This document shows, piece after piece, positions 22,250 through 34,793 of a DNA stretch of 50,800 nt. Below the pieces are notes generated by a model. It did no database searches. It saw nothing but the letters and a program-made list of their open reading frames with translations, and was not told the DNA's origin. Both the position numbers and the translations under genes were made by a program. How positions within the stretch are numbered: position 1 is the first letter of the stretch; every line of letters begins with the position of its first letter. This DNA comes from Acanthaster planci (Eukaryota): positions 705,366 through 756,165 of the forward strand of contig NW_019091359.1 in NCBI RefSeq assembly GCF_001949145.1, in the 5' to 3' direction.

Positions 22250-22475
22250 CACACAATCTGGGCTCTTTTTACAAGGCTTGCAGGCCTGGCTGAAATACTC
22301 AGGCATCAATAGATTTTGTCTGTCAGGCTAGAGTGGACACCAGACAGTCCTTCACGTGTTTGTAAGTGTCCAGTAAATGAAGATAGGAACTTTTGAAGAA
22401 TTTTAAAAACAGAAAAAATGATAAATATCCCAGCCAAACATCATCAACATTGATAACTGCCCTAGCAGGAAGTGG
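22250..22475. mobile_element. Partial copy (right end) of the piggyBac-type MITE family at 15905
   Basis: gaaaaaatgata...catcatcaacattga..actgccctagcaggaagtgg|TTAA aligns with 16330-16391. Left boundary approximate. Confidence 0.65.
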
Positions 22476-23563
22476 TTAAGCACTAGGTCACACTATTGAC
22501 TATTAAGAGATTTTGGACTGTTTAAATCTGGGGTATGAATAATTGAGACAAAAGAGCAAAAAAGAAACCTGGGTCATATGTATTTTGCAAATGAAGTTTA
22601 GCCAAACACATGTGTATTGCATCAAATAGACAAAAGATATAGTGGAAGTACCAACATAATAACTTTTACAAATAAATAATTTAGAAAAGTGTGTTATTTT
22701 CCAAAGGGTATGAATAATTTTGGGTACAACTTTAGACTTCAGGAAATCAAAAACAATCTTGATCTTAAACAAGTCCAAGAAAAAGCAAAAATAATTGCAA
22801 GGGAAATGTTGACCAAAAAAAAATCTTGTGAAAAAAACTTACCAACTGTTTGTGAGCAAATCAGTTGAGTGAGTCTGGAGCTCTCCACCAAAGTATAACC
22901 GTACTGCTCCTCTGCTAGTTCATTAAAAAGAACAAAAAGCTACCTACCTGGCGTTGGCAAGCTATTGAAAAATTAATGTTTTACCATGGTGCTGCAACAT
23001 CGTAACACGTGTGTCAGTAAAAAATTATAACAAGAAATATTGTTGGTAATTCTTATTCTTCTAATACAAAAATTAATGAGCAGTACTCGCCATATATTTA
23101 ATTATACGAGCTCCTTTATGCTGCTTCAGAAATTAGTGAAGAATATTGGCTTATGCCTCAATATGTGTAAGAATGGCACAGCATTAAAAACAAGTACCCA
23201 GGCCTAAAGCGGAGTAGTTTTTGTTTTAATTGGCTTTGCTTGACACCTGTGACTACATGTGTGAGTATGTATGCTTGCAGTCAGGGATGTAGCTAGCTAT
23301 GCCAGACGGTGGCGGGTGAGGCCACCCACCGCTTATTATCTCTGCCCGGCACTTGGGGTATTTTTGAGCCTGACTGCGCTGTGCTTATTTCATTCCCTGA
23401 AATGGTACAATTTCAAAAATATCTCAAAAATTTGTCATGTATGTTCCTATCGTTAGCAATTATAAGATATTTCTGTGTTTAATTCCTTGTTTAAAACGCA
23501 AAAACACCGAAGTAAGCTTAAAATCACACACCAATCCAGGCCTTGAAATGAACGACGATGGCT

Positions 23564-24503
23564 CCCTTACAAAAATGTCCCATGAGGGTATCCCATGGTG
23601 AAGTGGCCAACATGTAGCATGGGATTTTTACCCATGGGATTTTGCCCATGTGTATTTCAAGAACCCCATGTAATCTCCCAAAATATTCCTATGGTGATTT
23701 AATTGTCACATCCCATGGTGATTTTCCCACACATCCAATGGTGATTTACCCATGCGTCCCATGGTGATTTACCCTTGTGTCCCATGGTGATTTTCTAACA
23801 CATCCCATGGTAGTTGCCCCATTTGACCCATGGTGGTTGCCCCATTTGTCCCATGGTGATTTTCCCATTTGTCCCATGGTGGTTGTCCCATTTGTCCCAT
23901 GGTGATTCTCCCATGCGTCCCATGGTGATTTTCCCATGTCGATTGTCCCTTGCATCCCATGGTGGTTTTCCCATGTCAATTGTTCCTTGCGTCCCATGGT
24001 GATTTACCCATGCCTTCCATTGTGAGTTTCCTGTGCATTATGGTGACAGGCAAAGTTGCAGTCATCAAATCAACATTCCATTCCAAACTGTGTACTGTAG
24101 TTCATGCCAATGCTTCATTTTAATGGCAGCAGCTAATGTGGTTTACAATACAGCAAAGCCTCTAAGTGTACCTCTGTAGATGCCATATCAATGCAAATCC
24201 CAGTGTTCTCTTGATGGTTGCAAAAATTTGAATAGTAATTGTGTGGCGTTTCCATGGTGTCCGCATACAAATCACATTGTATTCCCATGTAGAGTATAAA
24301 AACCCCATGGTGTTCCCATGCTGAATATAAAAACCCCATGGTGTTCCCATGCTGATCATAAAAGCCTCATGGTGTTCCCATGGTATCCACAAAATGTCCC
24401 GTGGTGATCACTTCAACAACATTATTTTTTTGCCAGTCCCATGGTGTACACATGGGGTCCCATGGGCAGTCCATGGGATCTGCATGGGACATTTTAGTAA
24501 GGG
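23564..24503. mobile_element. EnSpm/CMC-type non-autonomous DNA transposon with CCATGG arrays
   Basis: 21-bp TIRs cccttacaaaaatgtcccatg / catgggacattttagtaaggg, CCC...GGG termini, a 2-bp duplication (CT) on both sides, and dozens of internal cccatgg motifs. Confidence 0.8.
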
Positions 24504-27500
24504 CTGTATACCCCATATCCAAACCTGCGAAGCCTGCTTCTCATATGCAGTATTCCCTGAACTCTACACATGTAGTACACACGCATGTTGCATGTGGTGT
24601 GTACACGTCGGCAGTGTACATACACAAAAGCTCAGCTCTGGAGTGTGCCGATACTTCAAGCAGTGACACCCCCGCTCCACAAATAAATGTCTATATTCGT
24701 ACAGTCACATTCCAGCATTAGTAGGTATGGCGGATCTTACGTGAAATATCAACTGACTTTCTCTTTCTCAGATCGTGTATTTGTGATACACATTTCACAT
24801 TGAAGTCTGTGTATGAGGCAAATGATGATACTCATACGAATGATGATACTATGCATGCACATGCTCATGTTTTTGCGCCGATTTTCAAAAAGTTTTTGAT
24901 GAATGGATCTGCCTTTGCCCGGTCAAAGGTCATTAAACATGTTTTGTACAGCACAGTAACTTGACAGCTAGATAGAATGTGCAGATTAATAAATTTAGAA
25001 TTAAGGCACAAAAAAGTTAGAATTTTTCTTCCGAAAACAAAATTTCTTGGCAGTGGCAATTACAAGAGGATAATAATGACAGGGATGCTAGAGTCTATAA
25101 ATTTTTTTCTTAATTCTTTTTTTAATCTAAATAACTGATTTAGAATAATGAGTAAATGACATTGCATAAGATTGTTCTTTGTTCTGCCAGTTACTGTATA
25201 CTTTGAGACAGTTGTTTCATCCTGTGTTCATCCTTATTTATCGATAATTCCACGTATTACCAACATAAATTACACTTTATAACATGCCTCAAAAACCTGA
25301 TTTCCCCCCTTGAAAAAAAAAAAATCCTGGGGCTTTGGGTGGCTCCACCCCTTCGATCCCCACCAGGGCATTGCGCCTGGAGCCCACCAGGAGTCCCTGA
25401 ATGGGCCCCAAGCCTCAACCTTTGGCTGTGACCCATGAGAGGTCCCCTTGCAGCGCTTCGCCAACAGGCTTGCAACAGGGTTGCACCGTGCTAGTGCAAA
25501 TATAAGCAAGAATTCAATATCTGGCCGCCACATACTTGCCCAAAGTAAACATTTCCCTCCTCCATCACCTTTTACATGTATTTTTCATTGAAAACAAGTC
25601 CATCCAACTTGGGATTATCTTAACTTGCCTGAGGAAAAGTTGTATGAAGGCCATAATTTTCAATTTGTTTGTTCTTGGTGATTAAGTTTGAGTAAGCCAA
25701 GATTAGAACTGGCCGCATTGCCATCTGGAAAAATGATATGAAGTAGTTATGGGATTTTTTGAATAAAGATTAAGAAACCAAAAGAACGACAGAAACATTG
25801 ACAAAAACAATGGCTTTCATACAATTTACAGTGAAGATAACAATGCCTTTTTGTTCATAGATTACAGAAAAACCAACCTAATAGGCTTGTCTGTATTGAT
25901 TTCATATAACATTAATTAATATTTTTATTCCACCAGGTTGGAGTAGCTCCGTGTTTACAGGGCTGCGTGTATAAAGTTCCATTAAAAACTGTTTCCAGTG
26001 TTTATTTCAAACTACTAGCGTGTTTCAAATTTTTAATGCTCTGTCAACAAAGCGTTTTGTGTTCATCTTTCTGGCTAGCCCTACATTAAGGAGAGAAATC
26101 AAATCAACGGGAACAATGCAAAACACAATGCCTATTGTTCTCTGTAGTATAGTAAAACATTATTGTACCCGGTATGTGGCTGTTAGTTGACCTCAGGCCA
26201 CAAAACCTTTGTTTAACCACCCTGCACTCATGCATGTGGTTGTACATGTACATGTGAGTGAATTGGTTGTAAATATAATATTTGAAATGGTCTGTAACTA
26301 AAGAGGTTGGAGGTTCCTAAGTTGATCTCATTTGTTTGAATGTTACATGTTTTTTAACACACCCTGTGGGCAAACTTTTCTTTCAGCCTACTGTGTGCGA
26401 CGAGAGAATGAAGAGGGTCACAGTTTTTAAAAACGGCTGCAATCAAAGTGGCAAGGTAAAGTAAGGTTGTGTATGAATTACATGTACTTGGTAGCAGCTG
26501 GAAATAGCATGTCTGTGGAAGCTACTATCATCAACTTGTGGCTTGATGCATTTCCCATAAACGATTATTAACAGCTGCTGTCAAGTAATTTGGATTTGGC
26601 TTCAAATTATTCTTTCGTATGTGTGTATTTGGTGAGTCTGGGTGAGTGTGTTTGAGTTCCCTGAGAAGGGATTGAATGCTTATGTGCAAGCTTAAGTTTT
26701 CCTTCACAAAGTTCCGGTACATGTACATACCCTAGAAATGCTTGATACAGAATAATCATAACTTTCAAGTAATAATGTGCCATTTTCATTATTCATAATA
26801 TTCCTAACTCAGTACATGATTTCACTGGAGGTAATTAATCCACAGAATCATGAAAAGTGCAGAAAAACTACTTGATCTGCTAATTATAGGTTATTCCGGC
26901 CAATTTCAGGAAATGTGTAACTGAATTAGTATTAGCAGCATTCGTTTCTGAGCGAAATAGAAAAAACATTCAAATCTCTGATTCTATTTAACAAATACAA
27001 ATTCTATTTTAAGGAGGGTGCATTCAGTTGTATGGAGTCAGCATTCAATTTCCTGATATTGCACTAGTTTAGTATGTTGACATTCGTTTTTGCACAAAAC
27101 CCTCTGTAACCCTGCACTCATCTTAATTTGAACTCAAGCTATTTTGCAAAATATGCAGGCCCATTCGCCTGTGTTATTTAAAGGTATGTCTGGTCAAGAA
27201 TTGGAATTTGTTTGTGTACTAACAGAAGTTACATTGGTAGAAGTGTTTAGTTGATTTGTTAAATATTTGAATATTCACGATTGGAATAAACCATTTATGC
27301 TGTCATTAGAAACCTAAAAACACTGGTGCTGAGGGAACCTTCCTTCCTGTGCTGCATTTCAACCATAAAAACCCCTTTTGATAACAAACACACTGACTAA
27401 TAACCCTTTATGAGTAACGTGACATTTATTATTGAAGTGGTGTCATGATTTATGTAACCTTTTATATTCTAATCAAATTGAACATATATTTTACCATTTT

Positions 27501-30500
27501 AAATTGCAGCAAATGAAAATGAATACTCTCTTACGATGGGTCATGGTAAAGACAGATTTTCAGTGACTAAGAGTGCACATCTGTGGTAATTGGCAACAAA
27601 TACATCAATCTGAAATCCCAGTCACGTAGTTGTAACCTCTTTAATGAAACGTAATGCACATTCATTTATTTGAAGAATGCAAAACGAAGTCAAATGCTTT
27701 TTATTGCGAAAATGAAACCTGGTTTTAAGTTGTTTTAAACATTTATGCTAAATTCAAATTTATTTTACAAATTAACTCTTGCATTTCCGAAATTGGCCAG
27801 GAAAACCTATATTATAATCAAAATACATGTACTTGCACACCTACATGAAGGCCTAATCTAATTGCTGTTGAAGAAAAATGAAAATAAAACCATGCACTTA
27901 ATGTAGTTGAATTAAAATGGTGGAATTTGTAAAATGAAGAATTTATCAAATGTTCAAAAGCCTCATTAAAGAGAAATATCTGTAACTTCGTTTGAAAACA
28001 GCAAGTTCATATTCTCATTGAGAACTTTTATGAACTTTTACAGATTAATAAATTATTAATAAATCGATTATGATGTAGTTCACAGATCCTAAATGTTCTC
28101 TGAGCGGAGCGTAGTTCAAAATTTATTTTGCAGTGTAAGATAAATCTCTGAATAAACCTTTAAACTAAACAATAAACTTGTACATCAAAAAATGAAGGGC
28201 ACAAGGCAGTGAGCCAGTTTGGAATATGCCTATTTCAAAAAGAACAGTTTTCTTTACAACAATTTTTGCAAGTTCGCGTATGACCGCATTATCGAGCAGA
28301 CCTTGCTCATGTACGTTGTCCTCAAATGATCTCTGACGTGCATTATTGTGGGCGTCCATTGTCAGAATATATAACACTGTCATTGATTTCAGAATAGGAG
28401 TACAGCAGATGAGTGTGGTAATTTGTAAGTGGGTCCCCACCCCACAGAGAAAGCTTGTAGTGTAAGGAAATACGATAGGCTCAAAATAATACGTCTGTCA
28501 CATAAAATTTGGTAATCCTGAGTCTGTACCATTTCTGTCAAGTTAAGGTTATGTAACCTGGAAAAATAGCTCAAGATCAATGAAGGGAAAAAAATCTAAA
28601 TGTGTGGGGAACTCGCTTTATGGCAACAAAAAAACTAACTGAAATCTTTCAGGGAGGGATCGCGAGATTACTCTACAAATAAAACTACAAACAGAGTTTA
28701 AATTTATGCACAAAAAAATTAAAAATGGTTTATTTCCTCAGACTGTATTCGGACTGCTAAATCTATGAACCAAATTAATTTTGCTAAACAAATTTTAAAA
28801 ATAACCTACCCTGGTTTTAATTGAAGACTTCAACAAACGGACTGAGACCAAGAAAACCTAGACCAACCTGATCGAGACCATCAAAATTTGAACAAAACCA
28901 TAGACCAAACTGTAAAAGTACAAAAAAAGGATGAGCAAATCAAGTAACTTCAATAAGATAAGAAAACCAAAAGAAAACAAAAAGACCAGAGTAAATTATA
29001 AGAACCCCCCCCAAAAAAGAAGACCGTCAACAGTGCGTAAAAGGAAAGTTACAAATCAGAAGCACTCAAGCTTAAACAACCAAGTCTACAGCAGACCAGA
29101 TTTTCGAGGCAGAACTTGCAAATAAAGAAGGAGCAAGAAAAACATGTGGTTTCTCACTTCACTGCCTTTCTGCAAACTGAGAATCTATGTGGAAAAGGCA
29201 TTGTCAGGAAAGTGTCCTGGCTCTAATTTGCATACAATGTAAGGGGCTGCCCTACTAAAACCAAGGGGCACAACTTAACTCCCACAAGGATGATGCAAGG
29301 TGTAAAGGGATGTCACATTAACCACAAACCTTTTGAGGGTAACACTCCTACATGTATATAAAGTACAACTGGAAATTGCCTCAGCCACAGTTAGAATTGG
29401 TCTAAAGTGAAAGATTAATAGAATGACAGAAACAAGAACTATTATTCAACCTTCAAATATTTATCAACACCAAAATTGCCAAATTCCATGTTGATAATAA
29501 GGGAAAATAGCAAAATAGCTTCTAACTCTAGCAATTGTAGAGAAGAAAACAATACAGAGAGCAGTTATTTTTGATGTGCAACATGTATGAAGCATTTTGT
29601 ATTCCAGAAGTCAATGTTTTTCTTTTAGCCCAGTCTAATGTGGCTTTTGCGAACCCGGGTTTCCCGGGTTCACATTCAAGACCACCCCACCTAGTTTATG
29701 GCCTCTCTAGAGGTAAACGACCTGCGATATAATGGCTTCAATGAGTACATGGCCATGTGTGTCCACTTTTGGGTCTGATTTACGGCAGTGTGGTTTGTTT
29801 GCAATAGGCACTGTGTGGTTGCGCGTGGCCTAGCTGCAGGAAAGTGTGGTAGTGAACTTGTGTGAATGATCAATGTACGTACAGTACATGTACATGTAGC
29901 TTCACCTTGACATCCTGTATGTACATGTGTACATGTACAAGCACATGTACTGTTCATGCACATGTACATGTGGGTACTTGTCATTGTGTGACCACTTGCA
30001 TGTGTGGACATAGTAATTTTTGTATGCCCACATTGTGTAAATTGAAAGCAGACAGGCAAAATGCAGTAGCAGATTCTGGTTAAACGTTCTAATGTACCAC
30101 CATGAAACAATAATGGAGTGATTTATTCTTTTCTTATTTCATCATGTTTTCACCCACAACCTCCCAAATTTTATTTAGAGTACCATGGCACGCCAAGTTA
30201 AGTTACGCCAAAAATATAGGCTTCCTATTTGCAGTTTCCCGGGGGGTCCCCAGATCTTGTTCCAGCTCGACTGGAGAAAAAAGTAAGGAGAAATAGGATC
30301 AGAGAACATCGGGACTGGCAAACATACAACCGTCAGCAATGCCCAGCTCTTATTTTGACATGACATTTTCTGTGAATAACAACAAGCCCAAAACACCCCT
30401 GCTGACGATGATTCCCTTCTTCTGTCACTGGACCTGCAGTCCCCTGATCAACCATCAACCAACGAAGAACGAGTCCTGCAACCGCACCGCCTAACTGACA

Positions 30501-31090
30501 TACAGTTCCAACGGATTAGGAGTCTAACAAAGTCAATATACTTGTTTCTGTCAAAACTCACATCACCCAACAAGCACACTCTCTGTCAAAGGCATTTGAG
30601 ACTCAAACACCACCAAACTACATCCCATGTAGGCTCACATCAGGGTACGTCCACCTTGACCTCACCATTCACTCAAATTCCAGAGCTCCTTTCTTGTACG
30701 GTGAAAAAAAATCCAAAATCGAACAGCATTATTCCTCACCAAGCCACAAACTACACCACAGCCCACAACTTGTTTGGCTACGTCTCTTGACGAAAGACCC
30801 AACCAGAAGAAGTGAAGAGGAAGCACCCACACGAACATAAGTCTCTTCCATCCAAACGGTCTTTTTCAAGACCACCTCATCTCTGAAAGAGAATATTTCT
30901 AGCCACTGCTGTCTTAAATAAACATGACCTTAATAAAGGAGTATAACCACAACCCTCAAGTATTCCCAAGACTTTTGCTCCACATATATTGAATTGAGGA
31001 ATACAACCATATATCTGAATGACACCCCTTTATTACTACCAATCCAAAGTCAAAGCAATGGCTGAAGGAAAACTACACAAAATAAGGAAG

Positions 31091-31231
31091 TGTTGCGTGA
31101 CCGGGCAAGGGATTTAGAAGGACAGATTATATGCCAGAATTTGGAGGGTACATGAACTCGCTGTAAGAGAGCTTTATTCACCAGACCAACAGAAACCCGG
31201 CGATAGAGGGCGTACTTCCATTTCTACTACA
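31091..31231 (-). repeat. 3' LTR of the Gypsy element (141 bp)
   Basis: Direct repeat of 36919-37061. The adjacent tctccc(t)n is the PPT read on the minus strand. Confidence 0.93.
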
Positions 31232-31713
31232 TCTCCCTTTTTTTTTTCTTAAGTACAAACTTTAACATGGTTAACTTCCAGATCTCAAAATAAAGGCAAA
31301 TCTCAAAGTCTGAGCTGTTCTGTTCTTTCGTATAAAGGTTAGGATGAAAAAAAATATATATAACTTAAAATTTGTTGCCTGGACACTTTTAAATGCTGGA
31401 CACTTTTTTAAATGCTTGTGAAAGAGTAAAGTGAGACCTTTTCAAAAAAAAAACTTGTTTGTTCCCTAAGATAAATACATGTACATGTATTAGCAGGATC
31501 TTCTGTTGTTTTTGTGCTTAAGCAAATAAAATAGCAGTAGGTGATCCACTGATAATATTCAGATAACTCAATATAAGGACATGTATCGTTTAAGTGTGTT
31601 CAGTTCATGTTGAAGACAAGGTCCAGGAGTGCAGATCTTATGGGCTCTAGAAAATAAACTACGTATCCAGGAGATTTTTTGCTTCCAGGGGGTGAAGCTA
31701 TCAAAGTGAACAC

Positions 31714-32650
31714 NNNNNNNNNNNNNNNNNNNNNNNNNNNNNNNNNNNNNNNNNNNNNNNNNNNNNNNNNNNNNNNNNNNNNNNNNNNNNNNNNNNNNNN
31801 NNNNNNNNNNNNNNNNNNNNNNNNNNNNNNNNNNNNNNNNNNNNNNNNNNNNNNNNNNNNNNNNNNNNNNNNNNNNNNNNNNNNNNNNNNNNNNNNNNNN
31901 NNNNNNNNNNNNNNNNNNNNNNNNNNNNNNNNNNNNNNNNNNNNNNNNNNNNNNNNNNNNNNNNNNNNNNNNNNNNNNNNNNNNNNNNNNNNNNNNNNNN
32001 NNNNNNNNNNNNNNNNNNNNNNNNNNNNNNNNNNNNNNNNNNNNNNNNNNNNNNNNNNNNNNNNNNNNNNNNNNNNNNNNNNNNNNNNNNNNNNNNNNNN
32101 NNNNNNNNNNNNNNNNNNNNNNNNNNNNNNNNNNNNNNNNNNNNNNNNNNNNNNNNNNNNNNNNNNNNNNNNNNNNNNNNNNNNNNNNNNNNNNNNNNNN
32201 NNNNNNNNNNNNNNNNNNNNNNNNNNNNNNNNNNNNNNNNNNNNNNNNNNNNNNNNNNNNNNNNNNNNNNNNNNNNNNNNNNNNNNNNNNNNNNNNNNNN
32301 NNNNNNNNNNNNNNNNNNNNNNNNNNNNNNNNNNNNNNNNNNNNNNNNNNNNNNNNNNNNNNNNNNNNNNNNNNNNNNNNNNNNNNNNNNNNNNNNNNNN
32401 NNNNNNNNNNNNNNNNNNNNNNNNNNNNNNNNNNNNNNNNNNNNNNNNNNNNNNNNNNNNNNNNNNNNNNNNNNNNNNNNNNNNNNNNNNNNNNNNNNNN
32501 NNNNNNNNNNNNNNNNNNNNNNNNNNNNNNNNNNNNNNNNNNNNNNNNNNNNNNNNNNNNNNNNNNNNNNNNNNNNNNNNNNNNNNNNNNNNNNNNNNNN
32601 NNNNNNNNNNNNNNNNNNNNNNNNNNNNNNNNNNNNNNNNNNNNNNNNNN
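31714..32650. other. Assembly gap (others at about 33976-34793, 41073-41149, 47059-47128 and 48195-48596)
   Basis: Runs of N. The long poly-X ORFs in the track are artefacts of these gaps. Confidence 0.99.
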
Positions 32651-33149
32651 AAATAAAATAGTCTGTTGTTATTGTACCCCTCATGTACTTGAGAAAAATA
32701 AACCAGAAAGCAAATATTCTTTTGTTCCAGAAGTAATTACAGGATATTGGCTGTGTCGGCTAAGGGTAGAAAAGAAAAAAAAATTACAATTGGATGTTTA
32801 GTCAGTCTTCAATTGTTCAATGACGGACATAATCTTTCAAATAGCCTGGCGGTTTACGGATCCTTCCACTTGTGCGCACAGGCTGTGGTGGAGCTGGTGG
32901 GGTAGGTTTTGTGACTGTTCCTGAATTACCACTCTGCCTGGGCTTGACAGAGGTCTGAGTGACAGTTGGTGGAGGTTCTTGAGGCTTTGCTGTGGTTTAG
33001 GTGGTGGTCGGTAGCCATAGTGGTGGTGGATTTTGGTGCAGCTCCACTCGAGTTGGTTGAATGTGTACTCTGTTCCGACGATACAGTCTACAGTTCGCCC
33101 CCTCAATAAGATATGTACGATCACCAAGAACTTCCACAACTTTCCCAAT

Positions 33150-33975
33150 TACCCAATGAGCGTGATCGTAGAGCTCAAAGTATACAGTTTGACCTGGGCA
33201 AAGTTGTGGTTCTTCACAGCTTTCTTGCGCTGTTCTTTCTTGCGAACGATCTCTGGAGCGTGTCTGTCCTTTTGGATACTTGGTAACATTGAACGTGGTC
33301 TGTAGGCAAATACCATTTCAGCAGGACTACGTCCGGTGTCAGAACGCGGGATGTTACGTTGTTCCAACAAGGCAACATTTGGATCAGTCCCATCCTTGCT
33401 GGCTTTGCAGATGAGATGTTTAGCAACTTTGACAGCTGCCTCAGCTTACCCGTTGGCACTGTGGTGACCTGGGGAAGACATGACATGGTAGACTCCCCAC
33501 TGTCTCAGGAACTTCTGGAATTCACTCGCCGTGAATTGGGAACCCTGGTCAGATGTCAATACCCAGGGGATACCGAAATGAGCAAACTGCTTCTTCAGTA
33601 CAGAGATCAACCGGGCAGCTGTGGTTGTAGGCAAGTGATCTACCTCTATGTAGTTGGAGTAATAGTCTACAGTCACTAAGTAATGGCGACCTTTGAGCTC
33701 CATGATGTCACATGCGATCTTATCCCAAGGACCATTACCATCATCTTGAAGTTTTAGTGTTTCGCGAGGGTTTCGCGGTCTCAGCTCCTGACATGGTGCA
33801 CAGGCTTCAACAAGTTGTTTCACATCCTTGGCCATGCCAGGCCAAAAAACTAGAGAATGTGCACGGCGCATCATGCTGTTGTAGCCCATATGAGCAGAGT
33901 GAAGTCTCCCCAAAATCTCTCACCTTAGACACCTTGGGATCAAAATGGCCTCGCCCTTGAGGATGATTCCATGTT
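33150..33975 (-). pseudogene. Gypsy integrase (frameshifted, with stops)
   Basis: HHCC finger LHSAHMG...CAPC and DDE core KIACDIM, SDQGSQF, SANG*AEAAVK. Confidence 0.9.
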
Positions 33976-34793
33976 NNNNNNNNNNNNNNNNNNNNNNNNN
34001 NNNNNNNNNNNNNNNNNNNNNNNNNNNNNNNNNNNNNNNNNNNNNNNNNNNNNNNNNNNNNNNNNNNNNNNNNNNNNNNNNNNNNNNNNNNNNNNNNNNN
34101 NNNNNNNNNNNNNNNNNNNNNNNNNNNNNNNNNNNNNNNNNNNNNNNNNNNNNNNNNNNNNNNNNNNNNNNNNNNNNNNNNNNNNNNNNNNNNNNNNNNN
34201 NNNNNNNNNNNNNNNNNNNNNNNNNNNNNNNNNNNNNNNNNNNNNNNNNNNNNNNNNNNNNNNNNNNNNNNNNNNNNNNNNNNNNNNNNNNNNNNNNNNN
34301 NNNNNNNNNNNNNNNNNNNNNNNNNNNNNNNNNNNNNNNNNNNNNNNNNNNNNNNNNNNNNNNNNNNNNNNNNNNNNNNNNNNNNNNNNNNNNNNNNNNN
34401 NNNNNNNNNNNNNNNNNNNNNNNNNNNNNNNNNNNNNNNNNNNNNNNNNNNNNNNNNNNNNNNNNNNNNNNNNNNNNNNNNNNNNNNNNNNNNNNNNNNN
34501 NNNNNNNNNNNNNNNNNNNNNNNNNNNNNNNNNNNNNNNNNNNNNNNNNNNNNNNNNNNNNNNNNNNNNNNNNNNNNNNNNNNNNNNNNNNNNNNNNNNN
34601 NNNNNNNNNNNNNNNNNNNNNNNNNNNNNNNNNNNNNNNNNNNNNNNNNNNNNNNNNNNNNNNNNNNNNNNNNNNNNNNNNNNNNNNNNNNNNNNNNNNN
34701 NNNNNNNNNNNNNNNNNNNNNNNNNNNNNNNNNNNNNNNNNNNNNNNNNNNNNNNNNNNNNNNNNNNNNNNNNNNNNNNNNNNNNNNNNNNNN

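Noticed and set aside
22842..22920. Possible host exon on the minus strand (ag...gtaagt, EEQYGYTLVESSRLTQLICSQTV)
   Set aside because: Splice signals are plausible but there is no recognisable domain or partner exon; cannot be supported without transcripts.
23700..24010. CRISPR-like array or HHG/PWD repeat protein
   Set aside because: No unique spacers and no cas genes in a eukaryotic context; the repeats lie inside a TIR/TSD-bounded MITE and the ORFs are shadows of the DNA repeat.
26531..28440. Short minus-strand ORFs that might be exons of a gene or transposase
   Set aside because: No motif I can assign and no consistent exon chain.
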